Source: Syntrophobacteria bacterium
GTDB lineage: Bacteria; Desulfobacterota; Syntrophobacteria; BM002
DNA length: 45,989 nt
Assembly: GCA_041560295.1 (NCBI GenBank)
Contig: JBFFBS010000003.1
Coordinates: forward strand, 1-45,989
Direction: 5' to 3'
Position numbers and translations under genes: made by a program
Shown here: in pieces, positions 10,343 through 20,645 of the stretch
Numbering within the stretch: the first letter of the stretch is position 1
Layout of the letters: each line of letters opens with the position of its first letter
Notes under the pieces: model-generated
The model's database searches: none
The model's input: the letters and a program-made list of their open reading frames with translations, nothing else
What the model was told of the DNA's origin: nothing

Positions 10343-10588
10343 GGCATAGGGCATAGAGCATAGAGCATGGGGAAACACAGCTGGCAGATTGCAGCGGCCA
10401 GCAGGCAGAAAACAACTAGGCACTAGACACTAAGCACTAGGCACCAAAAAGAAGGAGTCAGGAGTCAGAATCCAGAATCCAGAATGAAAAATCAAAAAGC
10501 GAATACTTCTTTTCTACTGACTACTGGCTACTGAATTCTTTGTTTCTTTTTCCTGACACCTGACACCTGATTCCAGGCTCCTGACTCC
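10343..10588. repeat. Stacked heptamer arrays with inverted partners
   Basis: (G/A)GCATAG-type x4 (10343-10370); AGGCACT-type x4 (10418-10445); GGAGTCA x2 + GAATCCA x2 (10454-10481); inverse-sense TGACTAC/TGGCTAC/TGAATTC (10518-10538) and CCTGACA-type x5 (10552-10586). Confidence 0.75.
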
Positions 10589-11364
10589 TAGATTCTATCA
10601 TTTGTGGAATTCAGGGCGCCTATCTGATAAAGGAGCTTGAGAGATTTTAAATCCTTCTCTAGATAATGCCTGACAAGATCAATAAGAAGGAAGCGGCATT
10701 CCTGGCGGGATTGGCGTTGAAATCTAAGACGCCAGAGTTTGGCAAGAGGAAGTTGCTGCGCTTGGCGAAGAAGCATCACAGTACCCAAAGAAACCGGATA
10801 GGGTTGCTGCCCATGTTTATGGTCTTTGCATACGATACCACCCTGGAGAATGGAGAAAAACCAATTTCCACCAGCACGGAGTTTCCGGCCGCACAGAATA
10901 CAGCCTTGCAAGTTTGGACCATATCCACTCAAATGCAACATCCGTGTCTGGAACAGCAAGGAAGTGTTTTCAGGCTCCGCCCCTAGCTCCAGTTGTTCAA
11001 GGTATTGGCAGAGCAGTCCGAAGAGGACGGCGTTGGCCTGTCTTTCCGGCGACATGTGCAGTACTATCTCGCAGCTGAGGCTGGCATATCCCAAACGGGC
11101 GATGTCACTTCGCAGGGCGATGAAGGCGTTCTTGAGCTCGCTGGCATCGAGCCTTACCAGTCCAGAGGTTGGCCGGTCCACATAGGTAACAGCGACGTGG
11201 GAACAAGGTTCCAAGGTGTGAACAAATCTTTTCTTGCTGCGCCGGGCCCCTTTGGCGATACCGGTGAGTTGCCCTTGGTTTTTACTGAAAAAAGTTATCA
11301 AGCGATCTGATTCGCTGTAGTCTCTAGTGCGGAGAATGATCGCCTCGTCTCGGCGAACAGCCAT
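10588..11364 (-). CDS. recO: DNA repair protein RecO
   Basis: AIILRTRDYSESDRLITFFS...IAKGARRSKKRF OB fold; CxxC...CxxH zinc motif. Confidence 0.92.
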   Translation of the reverse strand: MAVRRDEAIILRTRDYSESDRLITFFSKNQGQLTGIAKGARRSKKRFVHTLEPCSHVAVTYVDRPTSGLVRLDASELKNAFIALRSDIARLGYASLSCEIVLHMSPERQANAVLFGLLCQYLEQLELGAEPENTSLLFQTRMLHLSGYGPNLQGCILCGRKLRAGGNWFFSILQGGIVCKDHKHGQQPYPVSLGTVMLLRQAQQLPLAKLWRLRFQRQSRQECRFLLIDLVRHYLEKDLKSLKLLYQIGALNSTNDRI

Positions 11365-11462
11365 GGTTGCTCCCTAGCGGAAAATAATCATCTCGCATTT
11401 TACATTTTGGAGGCATGCTTTAGATGAACGCTCGATGAGAGATGATCTTCTTTGCGTCCATA

Positions 11463-12821
11463 TCACGGCGCTATGTATTTAAGAAGAGCTGAGGATATGG
11501 AGAGATAGATAACGATGCCCGAGATATCATTGGCGATGGTGACAAAGGGCCCGGAGGATACCGCTGGATCGATTCCCAGTCGCTGGAAAGCGACTGGAAT
11601 GAGGGTGCCCATGAGGGAAGCCACCATAATGACCCCCGCCATGGATATTCCAACTGTCAGGCCTAAAACAGGGTTTCGATGCCAGATTTCTGCGGCTATT
11701 CCCAACGTAAGGCCACAGGCGAGGGCCATGAGGAGTCCCACCCTGGTTTCTTTGTAGACAGTGCGGCCTATCCTCTGCAAATCAATGGCACCTGTGGCGA
11801 GACCTCTCACTGTGATTGTGGTGGACTGAATGGCAACGCTGCCTCCCAGGGCCATGATGACCGGGACAAAGGTGACCAGGACTATGGCGTCTGCCAGGGC
11901 TACCTTAAATAGCCAGAGGAGGTAGCCGGTGAGTAGGCCACCGACCAGGGTAGTCAACAGCCAGGGAAGCCGAAAGCGGGATATTTTCCAGATCTGGTCA
12001 CCATAAACCAGTTCGTCTTCGTGGGTTCCAGCCATGCGCAGGACATCTTCAGAGATCTCCTCCTCGATAATGTCGATAATATCGTCAATGGTAATGCGCC
12101 CCACGAGGGAGCCGTCAGACTCTATTACGGGCGCTGAAAGCAGGTCATACTTCTGGAACATCTTGGCCACATCTTCCTGATCCATAGCCACGGGAATGGT
12201 CCGAACGGAGGTGTCCATGACTTGTAACACAGTGTCTGTCGGCTCTGACAGAATCAGCCGTCGCAAACTCAACTGTCCCACCACCTGCTGGTCAGAATTG
12301 ACCACAAAAATGTTTGCCAGTCCCTCCAGTTCCTTGCCGTATTCTCGCACGTGCTTAATGGTATCGGCAATTGTGGCCTCCTGCGCTACGGCCAGCAACT
12401 CGGCTTGCATGACGCCGCCGGCGGTCTCCTCGTCGTAAGCCAAAAGGCGGCGAACTTCGCGAGAATCCTCGACGTCAATGGAAGCAAGAACCTCCTCGGC
12501 CACCTCGTCCGGAACACTGGCGAGGAGGTCTGCGGCATCGTCAGAGTCCAATTCGTCGACGATTTCGCCCAGCCGTTGGTGAGGTAAATCGGCCAGGATC
12601 TGATCTTGAGAAAACTCCGAGAGTTCGGCGATAACGTCTGAAGCCGTGTCAATATCCAGCTCGCGAAAGAGTTTTTTCTTCTCATGCTCGTCCAGAGCCT
12701 CGAACAAATCTGCAATGTCGGCGGGATGAAGGTCCGCCAACAATTCAACCGCTTCAACCAGTCGATTCTGGTTCAGTTCAGCCTTCAACAATGAGAGAGT
12801 GTCACTGCGTTCCTTTGTCAT
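11463..12821 (-). CDS. mgtE: Magnesium transporter MgtE
   Basis: HPADIA N-domain, CBS pair, GRITIDD, RLPWL, DPAVSSGPFVTIAND. Confidence 0.95.
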   Translation of the reverse strand: MTKERSDTLSLLKAELNQNRLVEAVELLADLHPADIADLFEALDEHEKKKLFRELDIDTASDVIAELSEFSQDQILADLPHQRLGEIVDELDSDDAADLLASVPDEVAEEVLASIDVEDSREVRRLLAYDEETAGGVMQAELLAVAQEATIADTIKHVREYGKELEGLANIFVVNSDQQVVGQLSLRRLILSEPTDTVLQVMDTSVRTIPVAMDQEDVAKMFQKYDLLSAPVIESDGSLVGRITIDDIIDIIEEEISEDVLRMAGTHEDELVYGDQIWKISRFRLPWLLTTLVGGLLTGYLLWLFKVALADAIVLVTFVPVIMALGGSVAIQSTTITVRGLATGAIDLQRIGRTVYKETRVGLLMALACGLTLGIAAEIWHRNPVLGLTVGISMAGVIMVASLMGTLIPVAFQRLGIDPAVSSGPFVTIANDISGIVIYLSISSALLKYIAP

Positions 12822-13774
12822 GGTCTGTTCACCGGCTCTCGCAGTTCAATATCTGCTGGGTGGAGCAAGGATGGATCAGGCAGTTTCAGGTAAACTACCT
12901 GACCTGTTTCGCCCAACCGTTTGAGGGGTTTATCATTCAGGTAGAGTTGGATACCACCGGCGTTGCCAATGAGAAGTCTGTAACTTGATGAGGCCCGCCA
13001 TGTTAGCTGTTCACCTGGCTGAAGCAGGTATTCATGCTCCCCAGTCTCGTCGGTGCTAATACGGAGCCAGGTGGTGGCAGCTGCTTCGGCCCTCAGCAGG
13101 TATGGGGATTGGGCAGGAGAAGATATTCCCTCTTCCTGCGGCGCTCCACCTGAGGAAGAAACAGTTCCTTCACCAATCTTGGACACTTCTGCATCAGTGG
13201 GAGCAGCAGGGGCTGCCTGACCACCTGATGTAGAGCTGTCGGGCTCTGGTCTTGTCAGCAACTCTGTCTGAGTCCTTTTGGAACTCTGAGCGGACTTTGC
13301 CTGGTTGATTCCAGAGTCAGGGTCACCCTTGACCGCTCTCTGGTCCGCAGCAGTTGGGGAGACGAATTTTCCACCTGAGGGCGACGTGGACTGCTGTCTC
13401 ACAGAGCTGGGGCGGTACCAAAAGAAGATCAAAGCTGTTAGCAGGGTAAGGGCAATGACAAGAACAAGCAGTTTTTTATTGGAGGATTGGGGCTGCAGTC
13501 GTTGATGAAATTTCTCTATCCCTTCCTGATGGTCTCCCGCCTCCTGAATCAGATTCTGGTATTCAATAATCACCTCTTCCGGGTCCAGACCAATCTTCTC
13601 TGCATAAGCTTTCAGAAATCCCTTAATGAGGACCGGGGCGGGGAGTTGTTCAACGTTCCCTCGCTCAATGGCGCGCAGCATGTCCATGCTGATTCTGGTA
13701 TCGGCAGAAATCTGCTCCAAGGTTATTCCTCGTGCTTGTCGTTCTGCTCGCAGAAATTCACCGAGACTTTTCAT
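12818..13774 (-). CDS. rodZ: RodZ-like protein (HTH, TM helix, DUF4115-like C-terminus)
   Basis: SLGEFLRAERQARGITLEQIS...KGFLKAYA HTH, single TM, low-complexity linker, IGNAGGI motif. Confidence 0.8.
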   Translation of the reverse strand: MKSLGEFLRAERQARGITLEQISADTRISMDMLRAIERGNVEQLPAPVLIKGFLKAYAEKIGLDPEEVIIEYQNLIQEAGDHQEGIEKFHQRLQPQSSNKKLLVLVIALTLLTALIFFWYRPSSVRQQSTSPSGGKFVSPTAADQRAVKGDPDSGINQAKSAQSSKRTQTELLTRPEPDSSTSGGQAAPAAPTDAEVSKIGEGTVSSSGGAPQEEGISSPAQSPYLLRAEAAATTWLRISTDETGEHEYLLQPGEQLTWRASSSYRLLIGNAGGIQLYLNDKPLKRLGETGQVVYLKLPDPSLLHPADIELREPVNRP

Positions 13775-13818
13775 GAGATCGCTTCCAGTTGAGGTTCAAC
13801 CCCACATTGCTCTTGGGG

Positions 13819-15117
13819 CTAGGGGTAGATGCGCTGTAACATTCTTGGAAACGGGATAGCTTCGCGTAGATGTTTGATGCCGCAAATCCAGGCCACGGTG
13901 CGCTCAATTCCGAGACCGAAGCCTGAGTGGGGCACCGAGCCATAGCGTCGTAGATCAAGATACCACTCGAAGGGCTCCCGGGGTAGATCGTGCTGTGTCA
14001 GTCTCTGCACAAGCTTGTTGTAGTCGTCTTCTCTCTGAGAGCCGCCAATAATTTCTCCATAACCCTCAGGCGCCAGCACATCAACACAAAGAGCTAGTTC
14101 AGGCTTATCTGGATCACTTTTCATATAAAAAGCTTTGGTTTGCAATGGGTAGTGGGTGATCATTACGGGGCGGTCAAACAGTTCTGAAATGAGAGTATCC
14201 TCGGTGGCACCAAAATCTTCACCCCATTCGTGGTCAACGCCGTTTTGTCGCAAGAGATCTAGAGCTTCATCGTATCTTATTCGTGGAAAGGGAGGGAGCA
14301 CCGACTCGAGTTTGCTTCTCTCACGCCCCAAAATTTTGAGTTCCTCGCTTTTGTGGGTTAGGACCGAATGGACCAAGTGGCTGACCAGTTGTTCTGCCAG
14401 AGAGAGAATATCCTCCAACTCAGCGAAGGCCGCCTCTGGTTCTAGCATCCAGAACTCGGTAAGATGCCTGCGGGTTTTAGACTTTTCTGCCCTAAAAGTG
14501 GGGCCGAGAGTGTAGACTTTGCCAAAAGCCATGGCACCAGCTTCGGCATACAGTTGGCCGCTTTGAGATAAGTAGGCTTTTTCATCGTAAAAATAATCGG
14601 TTTCGAAAAGGGTGGTGGTGCCTTCACAGGCAGCGGGAGTGAGGATGGGAGCATCGAAGAGGATGTATCCCTCTCGGTTCAGATACTCCCGAGCCGCTTC
14701 AATAACCTGGCTGCGGATTCGCAGAATTGCGTGTTGCTTGGCAGAACGAAGCCAGAGATGGCGGTGGTCCAACAAAAATGCCGGTCCGTGTTCCTTGGGG
14801 GTGATGGGATAATCTTCAGCCATCTGGACAACGGTAATATCGCTGACCTGCAGCTCGTGACCACCAGGAGATCTGGCGTCTGCGTGGACGGTACCGCTGA
14901 CAACCAAAGAGGATTCTTGGGTCAGGGTATCGGTGAGGGCAAAGGTAGCGGGGCTTACCTCGTTCTTTACCACCACAGCCTGGATGGTGCCAGTTCCATC
15001 TCTGATGAGGAGAAAGCGGACCTTGCCGCTTGACCGTTTGCTGTATAGCCAACCACGGATCGTTACCGTCTGATCAACAAACTGGCCAATAGTATCAACG
15101 GTGGTAGTCTGGACCAT
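13819..15117 (-). CDS. asnS: Asparagine--tRNA ligase
   Basis: [45 protein letters not shown]. Start placed at ATG 15117 with GGAG RBS; the longer ORF start lies inside the MITE end. Confidence 0.95.
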   Translation of the reverse strand: MVQTTTVDTIGQFVDQTVTIRGWLYSKRSSGKVRFLLIRDGTGTIQAVVVKNEVSPATFALTDTLTQESSLVVSGTVHADARSPGGHELQVSDITVVQMAEDYPITPKEHGPAFLLDHRHLWLRSAKQHAILRIRSQVIEAAREYLNREGYILFDAPILTPAACEGTTTLFETDYFYDEKAYLSQSGQLYAEAGAMAFGKVYTLGPTFRAEKSKTRRHLTEFWMLEPEAAFAELEDILSLAEQLVSHLVHSVLTHKSEELKILGRERSKLESVLPPFPRIRYDEALDLLRQNGVDHEWGEDFGATEDTLISELFDRPVMITHYPLQTKAFYMKSDPDKPELALCVDVLAPEGYGEIIGGSQREDDYNKLVQRLTQHDLPREPFEWYLDLRRYGSVPHSGFGLGIERTVAWICGIKHLREAIPFPRMLQRIYP

Positions 15118-15132
15118 GGAAACTCTCCGATC

Positions 15133-15572
15133 TAGCCCATATTTCATGAATTCACGCCTTGGCGTGACTGCGACCTCGGATATGGCCGTCCTTCCTGGCG
15201 TCCTCGGGTGTCGGCCCCTGCGACGTACCGTTCAGGTACGAAAACCAATCCCGCGGTACCGCGGGACGGGTTGCCCGGCACGCGGCGCAAGCGCCTGCGC
15301 TGCGCGTGGCACGCCCATCTAATTCGCGCTCGCTGCGCTTCCGTCTTCGCAAAAGCTTCGACGAGACAAGCCGCTCAGTCCCGCAAGCGGGTTCCCAGTT
15401 TCGTGGTCTCGCGACAGCAATTGAAGATCCCTGCACCGTGCTGCAGGGAGTCTTCGAAATGTAAGGTATTTATAACATTTTATTGTAGTTCGCTCGCTAA
15501 CCCGCGCCCCGCTCGAAAAGCGGGACTACGGGGCTGCGCTCGCTAGAGCATTTTCATGAAATATCCGGGCTA
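15133..15572. mobile_element. MITE family A copy 1, expanded by about five nested palindromic insertions
   Basis: Ends TAGCCC--ATATTTCATGAA and TTCATGAAATATCCGGGCTA; internal blocks collinear with 31178-31363. Confidence 0.85.
15418..15546. mobile_element. Nested two-hairpin element (PATE/IS200-IS605-end-like) inside MITE A copy 1
   Basis: Hairpin GAAGA-TCCCTGCA-N6-TGCAGGGA-G-TCTTC (15423-15455), AT-rich spacer, second GC hairpin bracketed by CGCTCGCTA direct repeats (15491, 15537). Absent from the other copies. Family assignment is inference. Confidence 0.5.
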
Positions 15573-15618
15573 AGCGGTTGGCTGAACCCAAAGACAGCGC
15601 CATACCAGGGTTTGACCC

Positions 15619-16638
15619 TTATTGCCTCTGGATCTGCGAGTTGGTCTCATCGACAATCTTCACATACGAGCGTTCTCGCAAACTGCTCAACCATTCCCTA
15701 TATCTGAATTCAACTTCTCTTCTGTAGAGCAAATTCCGAATACTTTCCCGAACTTCATCCAATGCCTTGGGGGGTGCTCTGTCCACCTCGGTGACTTTAA
15801 TAATGTGTATACCTCTGGTGGTTTCTATGTCCGGGCTGACTTCGCCAGCTTTCAAATTCTCCACTGCGGCCTCGAGAACGGGCTCGAGTTCGCCTCGGGC
15901 GAAGTAACCCATGTCTCCTCCCGCCTCCGCTCCGGGACCTTGACTATAATTCTTAGCCAGCAGGCCAAAATCGACTCCAGCTCGCACACGTTCTAGGATC
16001 TGTTGGGCCAGGTCACGTAAGCGAGCTCGCTCCTCCGGAGTGTCGTCGGCATAGTAGGGCAGGTAAATGTCCTGGATACGCCACCGTTCCTTTTTCTCGA
16101 ATTCATGGATATTGGTCTGATAGTAAGCCTCCACCATCTCGTCGGTGATTACGGTTTTATTTTGAACCTCGCGGCTGACAAGCTTTTTTTGTTCCAGACC
16201 TTCCTTAACTTGCTGGCGGAGGTCCGTTATCGTTCTCTCTTCTTTGCGAAGTTCTGCTTCCAGGGTTTCCTGGGTAAGATTATTTTCTTTTATGATTCTG
16301 GCAATCGCCCCATCTACTTCCTCTTCACTCACGGAAATTTTTAGCCGGGAGATCTCTTGGGAGGCCAAACGTTCGTCAATAAGACGATTCAGCATATTGC
16401 TTCGCATCTCTTCCGGGGACAGATCTTGCTCACGACGGAAAGGATTTTGCTGCCGGGCAGCTACCAGTGCGTTTGTCCTTTCATTGAGCTCACTCAGGGT
16501 AATGATGTCGTCATTCACGTAAGCAATAATGCGGTCTACGAGCTCCGCAGCTGTGCCGAGAGAGGGCAAAATACCTCCCAGTAGCAATAACAGCGACACA
16601 CTAAGAATCCAACTTCTCCAGCGCACGTCTCTTTCCAA
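15619..16638 (-). CDS. SurA/PpiC-type periplasmic peptidyl-prolyl isomerase
   Basis: Signal peptide, VDRIIAYVNDDIITLSEL SurA N-domain, parvulin motifs GGDMGYF and GIHIIKV. Confidence 0.85.
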   Translation of the reverse strand: MERDVRWRSWILSVSLLLLLGGILPSLGTAAELVDRIIAYVNDDIITLSELNERTNALVAARQQNPFRREQDLSPEEMRSNMLNRLIDERLASQEISRLKISVSEEEVDGAIARIIKENNLTQETLEAELRKEERTITDLRQQVKEGLEQKKLVSREVQNKTVITDEMVEAYYQTNIHEFEKKERWRIQDIYLPYYADDTPEERARLRDLAQQILERVRAGVDFGLLAKNYSQGPGAEAGGDMGYFARGELEPVLEAAVENLKAGEVSPDIETTRGIHIIKVTEVDRAPPKALDEVRESIRNLLYRREVEFRYREWLSSLRERSYVKIVDETNSQIQRQ

Positions 16639-16710
16639 ATAACACTGGCCAAGTTGATCTAACTACCTGACCTTAAAACAAAAAGCTGATAAATCTAATC
16701 TGATAACATG

Positions 16711-19700
16711 TTACTTTAAGTTGTGCAAGAGCTTTTTCAGCTCGGTGATTGAATCCACCACGTCCTGGGTGGGGCTGCTGAAATAGAGACGGTGTTCTGG
16801 GGTAAGACGCAAGTGCTTTGGCTCGGCTGCAACCAAGCTCGTTAGTTTGTCCAGATCTATTTCAGGATTTTCAGAAAAGGTAAGAACATACTCGCCATTC
16901 ACCGCATCCAATCGTTTCACCCACAATCGACGCAAGAGCAGTTTGAGGTCTAGCAGCACGAGTAGATGGGAAGTCTCTTCAGGCAGAGGACCAAATCGGT
17001 CCCGCAGTTCTTCCTCCATATCTGCGAGAGAGGTTTCGTCGCTGGCACTGGCGAGACGCTTATATGTGTTCAATCGTTGGCTGCTGTTGGTGATATATGT
17101 TTCAGGTAGATGGGCGGCCAGGTTAAGGTGAATCTCCGGTTCTACCGGCTCCCTGGCAGTTTCTCCTTTGAGTTGGTTAATGGCCTTTTCCATGAGGTGT
17201 ACGTACATCTCATAACCCACTGCAGCAATGTGGCCAGATTGGGCGGCTCCAAGAATATTACCTCCGCCTCTGATCTGTAAGTCGTTGAGAGCTATCTTGA
17301 AACCGGAGCCAAGTTCGGTGAAATCCATAAGGGCCAGTAACCTTCTCTGGGCCTGCCGAGTGACCAGGTGTTCACCTGGAATGAGCAGGTAAGCATAGGC
17401 CTGTGCTGAAGATCTACCCACCCTACCACGGAGCTGATAGATCTGCGCCAAGCCGAACTTGTCGGCCCGGTTAATAAAAATTGTGTTTGCGGCCGGGATG
17501 TCTAGACCTGACTCGATAATTGTAGTGCAGACGAGCACATCAATTTGGTGGTGGATGAAATCGAGCATGACTTGTTCTAGTTCGCGTTCTCGGAGCTGAC
17601 CATGCGCTACCGCCACTGTTATTTCGGGCAATAGTTCCTGAATGTAATTGGCCATCCGATAGATAGTTTTGACATTGTTATGGACAAAAAATACCTGTCC
17701 TCTTCGCTACTTCTCTTTACGGACGGCTTCCTTGATGATGAGGTCGTCGAAGGAGCATATTTTGGTCTCAATGGCTCTACGGTCCTCAGGCGGGGTGTCA
17801 ATGACGCTTAAATCACGAATTCCTATGAGTGACATGTGCAAAGTACGAGGAATAGGAGTGGCAGTTAAGGTCAGGACATCGACCTCAGCCCGAAGCTGTT
17901 TGATCCGTTCTTTGTGTCGAACTCCAAATCGATGCTCTTCGTCGATAATAAGCAATCCCAGATCTTTGAAGACCACATCTCGTTGGAGTAATCTGTGGGT
18001 GCCGATAATAATATCAACAAGGCTGTTCTGCAGGTCCGCAAGGATCTTTTTTTGTTCCGCTCTTCCTTTAAAACGGCTCAACACTTCCAGGAAGACGGGG
18101 TAACCATCCAGCCGTTGCTTAAAGGTGAGGTAGTGTTGTTCTGCGAGAACCGTAGTTGGTACTAGTATTGCCACTTGCTTGCCGTCCATTACTGCCTTAA
18201 AAGCAGCGCGCAGGGCTACCTCGGTCTTGCCGAAGCCAACATCACCACAAATGAGTCTGTCCATGCACCTATGTCGCTGCATATCGGCAAGGACGTCTTC
18301 TATTGCTGCCTGCTGATCCGGGGTTTCTTCGTAGGGAAAGGTGGCCTCGAATTCACGAAATGAACTGTCCGGTGGAGAGAAAGTCATTGCTTGTTTAATG
18401 TGACGCAGGGCATAGATGTGCAGGAGTTCCTGTGCAACTTTCTGGATAGAGTCCTGAACTCGTTTTCGCGTGGAGGCCCAGCGCTGTCCCCCCAGTTTGT
18501 CTACTCGAGGCTGGTAGCCCTCGACGCCGATGTATTTTTGCACCCTATCCAACCGATCAACGGGAAGATAAAGGAGGTCTCCGTCCTGGTACTCCAGTAA
18601 GAGGAAGTCATTTGAGTGCTCGTTGATTTTCAGGTGGACTAGCCCTTGATAAATAGCAATCCCGTGGTCCAGATGAACAACAAAGTCATCAGCCTGAAGA
18701 TCGGCAAATGTAGCCAGAAATGAACCGGTTTCAGGAGGGCGGACCCGGTGACGACGGGGTTTCTCACCATATAGCTCTGTTTCGCTGACAACGGCCAAAC
18801 CCTCATCCGGCCACAGAAACCCCATGGGGAGGCGACCCACCACAATCTTGGTAACCGGAGCTCGAAAAGAAAGCTGCCCAAAAGGTTCCGAACTGAATTG
18901 GGTGTCCACTCCATAATCAGTAAGCAGGTTTTCCAAACGGCGACCCTGTTCTGCAGTACGACAAATCAGGAATGGGCTCATCCCAGATTTTTGCCACTGT
19001 TGGAGCCTTTGCGCCAGGGGTTCTAGCAACCGGTGGCGCTGCTGATGATCTTGAATTTTCTGCTGCAGTCCCCTGTGATCCCCTAGGCGGAAGTGGAGAA
19101 CTTCCGAACTTTTCCCAGTAGAAGCATGCCCCATTGGAAGACTGGATTGTAGGATTTGAGGGTAGGATGCAATCGATGTATCTATTTCCGCCTCATTGAG
19201 CAGGTACGTTTGCGGGGAAAGAGTCCAGCGGGAGTTCTGACGAGCAAGATTCCGGTCTCGGTCAGCTTGCTCAAAAAGCTCAACCACCGTCTTTTTGATA
19301 CTACCTGAGTTGCTCTGCACCACGAGGGTTGACAGTGGTAGGTAGTCAAAGAGGGTTTCGAGCCTGTCATAATAGAGCGGCAGTAACTGCTCAATTCCGG
19401 GGAAGTGGCCCAAGCCCTGCACTCGTTCCTGCCAGAGCTCCAGGTCACCGCGCAACCCGCCTTCCTCCTCTAAAGCTTCTATTAACGAAGAAGCAGCCCG
19501 TTTCTGCCGAGAGGTAGTAAGCAGTACTTCGTGAGCTGGCACTATGATCACATCATCCAGATGTTCACTGGATCGCTGGCTGGCTGGACTGAAGAACCGA
19601 ATTGACTCTAAGACCTCGTCAAAAAACTCCAAGCGCAGGGGTTGGGGGTAAAGCGGAGTGTAAAGGTCAATAATGTCGCCGCGTACGCTGAGATCACCCA

Positions 19701-20277
19701 CTTCCTCTACCAAATCGGTCCGGTAATAGCCGATGGAAACCAAATGGGATATTAGCTCTTCCCGCTGTATCTCTTCTCTTACAACCAGATATCTGCTGGC
19801 GTCCATGCAGTGTCGACGAGGCAAAACCTTTTCCATTACTGCTTGGGCCGGTGCCACAATGATTTTTGCCTGGCTGCTCGCTGCAGAGGCGTAGAGAACG
19901 GCGAGTCGCTGAGCTTGCAGATCAGGAGCAACAAAGGGTTCTGCTGGCATGCGGCGATTGACTGTGGGAAAAAGCCAAAGGGGACATTCCAGTGGGTCCC
20001 CCCGCCACTGTTCCGCTAGGCCGAGAAAGAATGAGAGGCTTTGATGGGCCTCCCATGCTTGTTTCGGCGAGGCAGTAATCAACAGCACTGTCCGTTTCAG
20101 GCCTGGAAGCATGCGTGCTAGCCCATAATAGAGTCCCCATTGGCTCAGGCCCTGGGCAAAAATCTTCCGGCTGCCGTTGGCAATGGCAGCGGCCAGATCT
20201 TCAAGACGAGCACCGCCAACCAGGTGTTGCCAGTCGTCATCCACCGGCACTTCGGTATGAGAATCACCCTGCAACAT
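16711..20277 (-). pseudogene. mfd: Transcription-repair coupling factor Mfd, interrupted by one in-frame TAG at 17707-17709 (pseudogene, error or readthrough)
   Basis: ORFs 17707..20319 and 16711..17655 share a frame: ...EAVRKEK*RRGQVFFVHNNVKTIYRMANY... UvrB-like module, RID, GDVGFGKT, DEEH, QLRGRVGR and TRG motifs all present; ~1188 codons in total. Confidence 0.85.
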
Positions 20278-20645
20278 AAACGGTAGTACTCCACGGACTG
20301 GAAAATATATGGTCGTCAACCATTTCTTGACCTACTATAATCAGAGGGCGAGAAGGTAACAGAAAGTGATAATAACATGAGCTGCACCTACGCTCCGTCC
20401 AGTGGCGATTAAAGCATACATGGGACAAACAACACAAAGATAAATATGCGGGGTAGGCAAAAATTGAGTTGCCGGCCAGATCCCCAAATAGCCGCTTGAC
20501 CTCAGCCCGGAACAGGCAGAGAAACTAACGCATTTACCGTACAAAGGCAAGAGAGCAGGCATAAGAAAAGGTTTTCTCCTGGCATTGACAGGGTTATTCT
20601 GTATTAACCAGGTTTTTTTGAGCTTAGCGGGAGGATTTTTCGCTT

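Noticed and set aside
15152-15436. ORFs 15152..15436 and 31199..31420 share the peptide [20 protein letters not shown]
   Set aside because: The similarity comes from the shared MITE DNA; insertions break the frame between copies, so they are not a protein family.
17656-17720. Frameshift in mfd
   Set aside because: Both ORFs are in the same frame; the break is one TAG.
20560-20645. BirA operator upstream of bioY
   Set aside because: Only a short GGTTA...TAACC inversion is present; it does not match the TGTAAACC-N14/15-GGTTTACA pattern.
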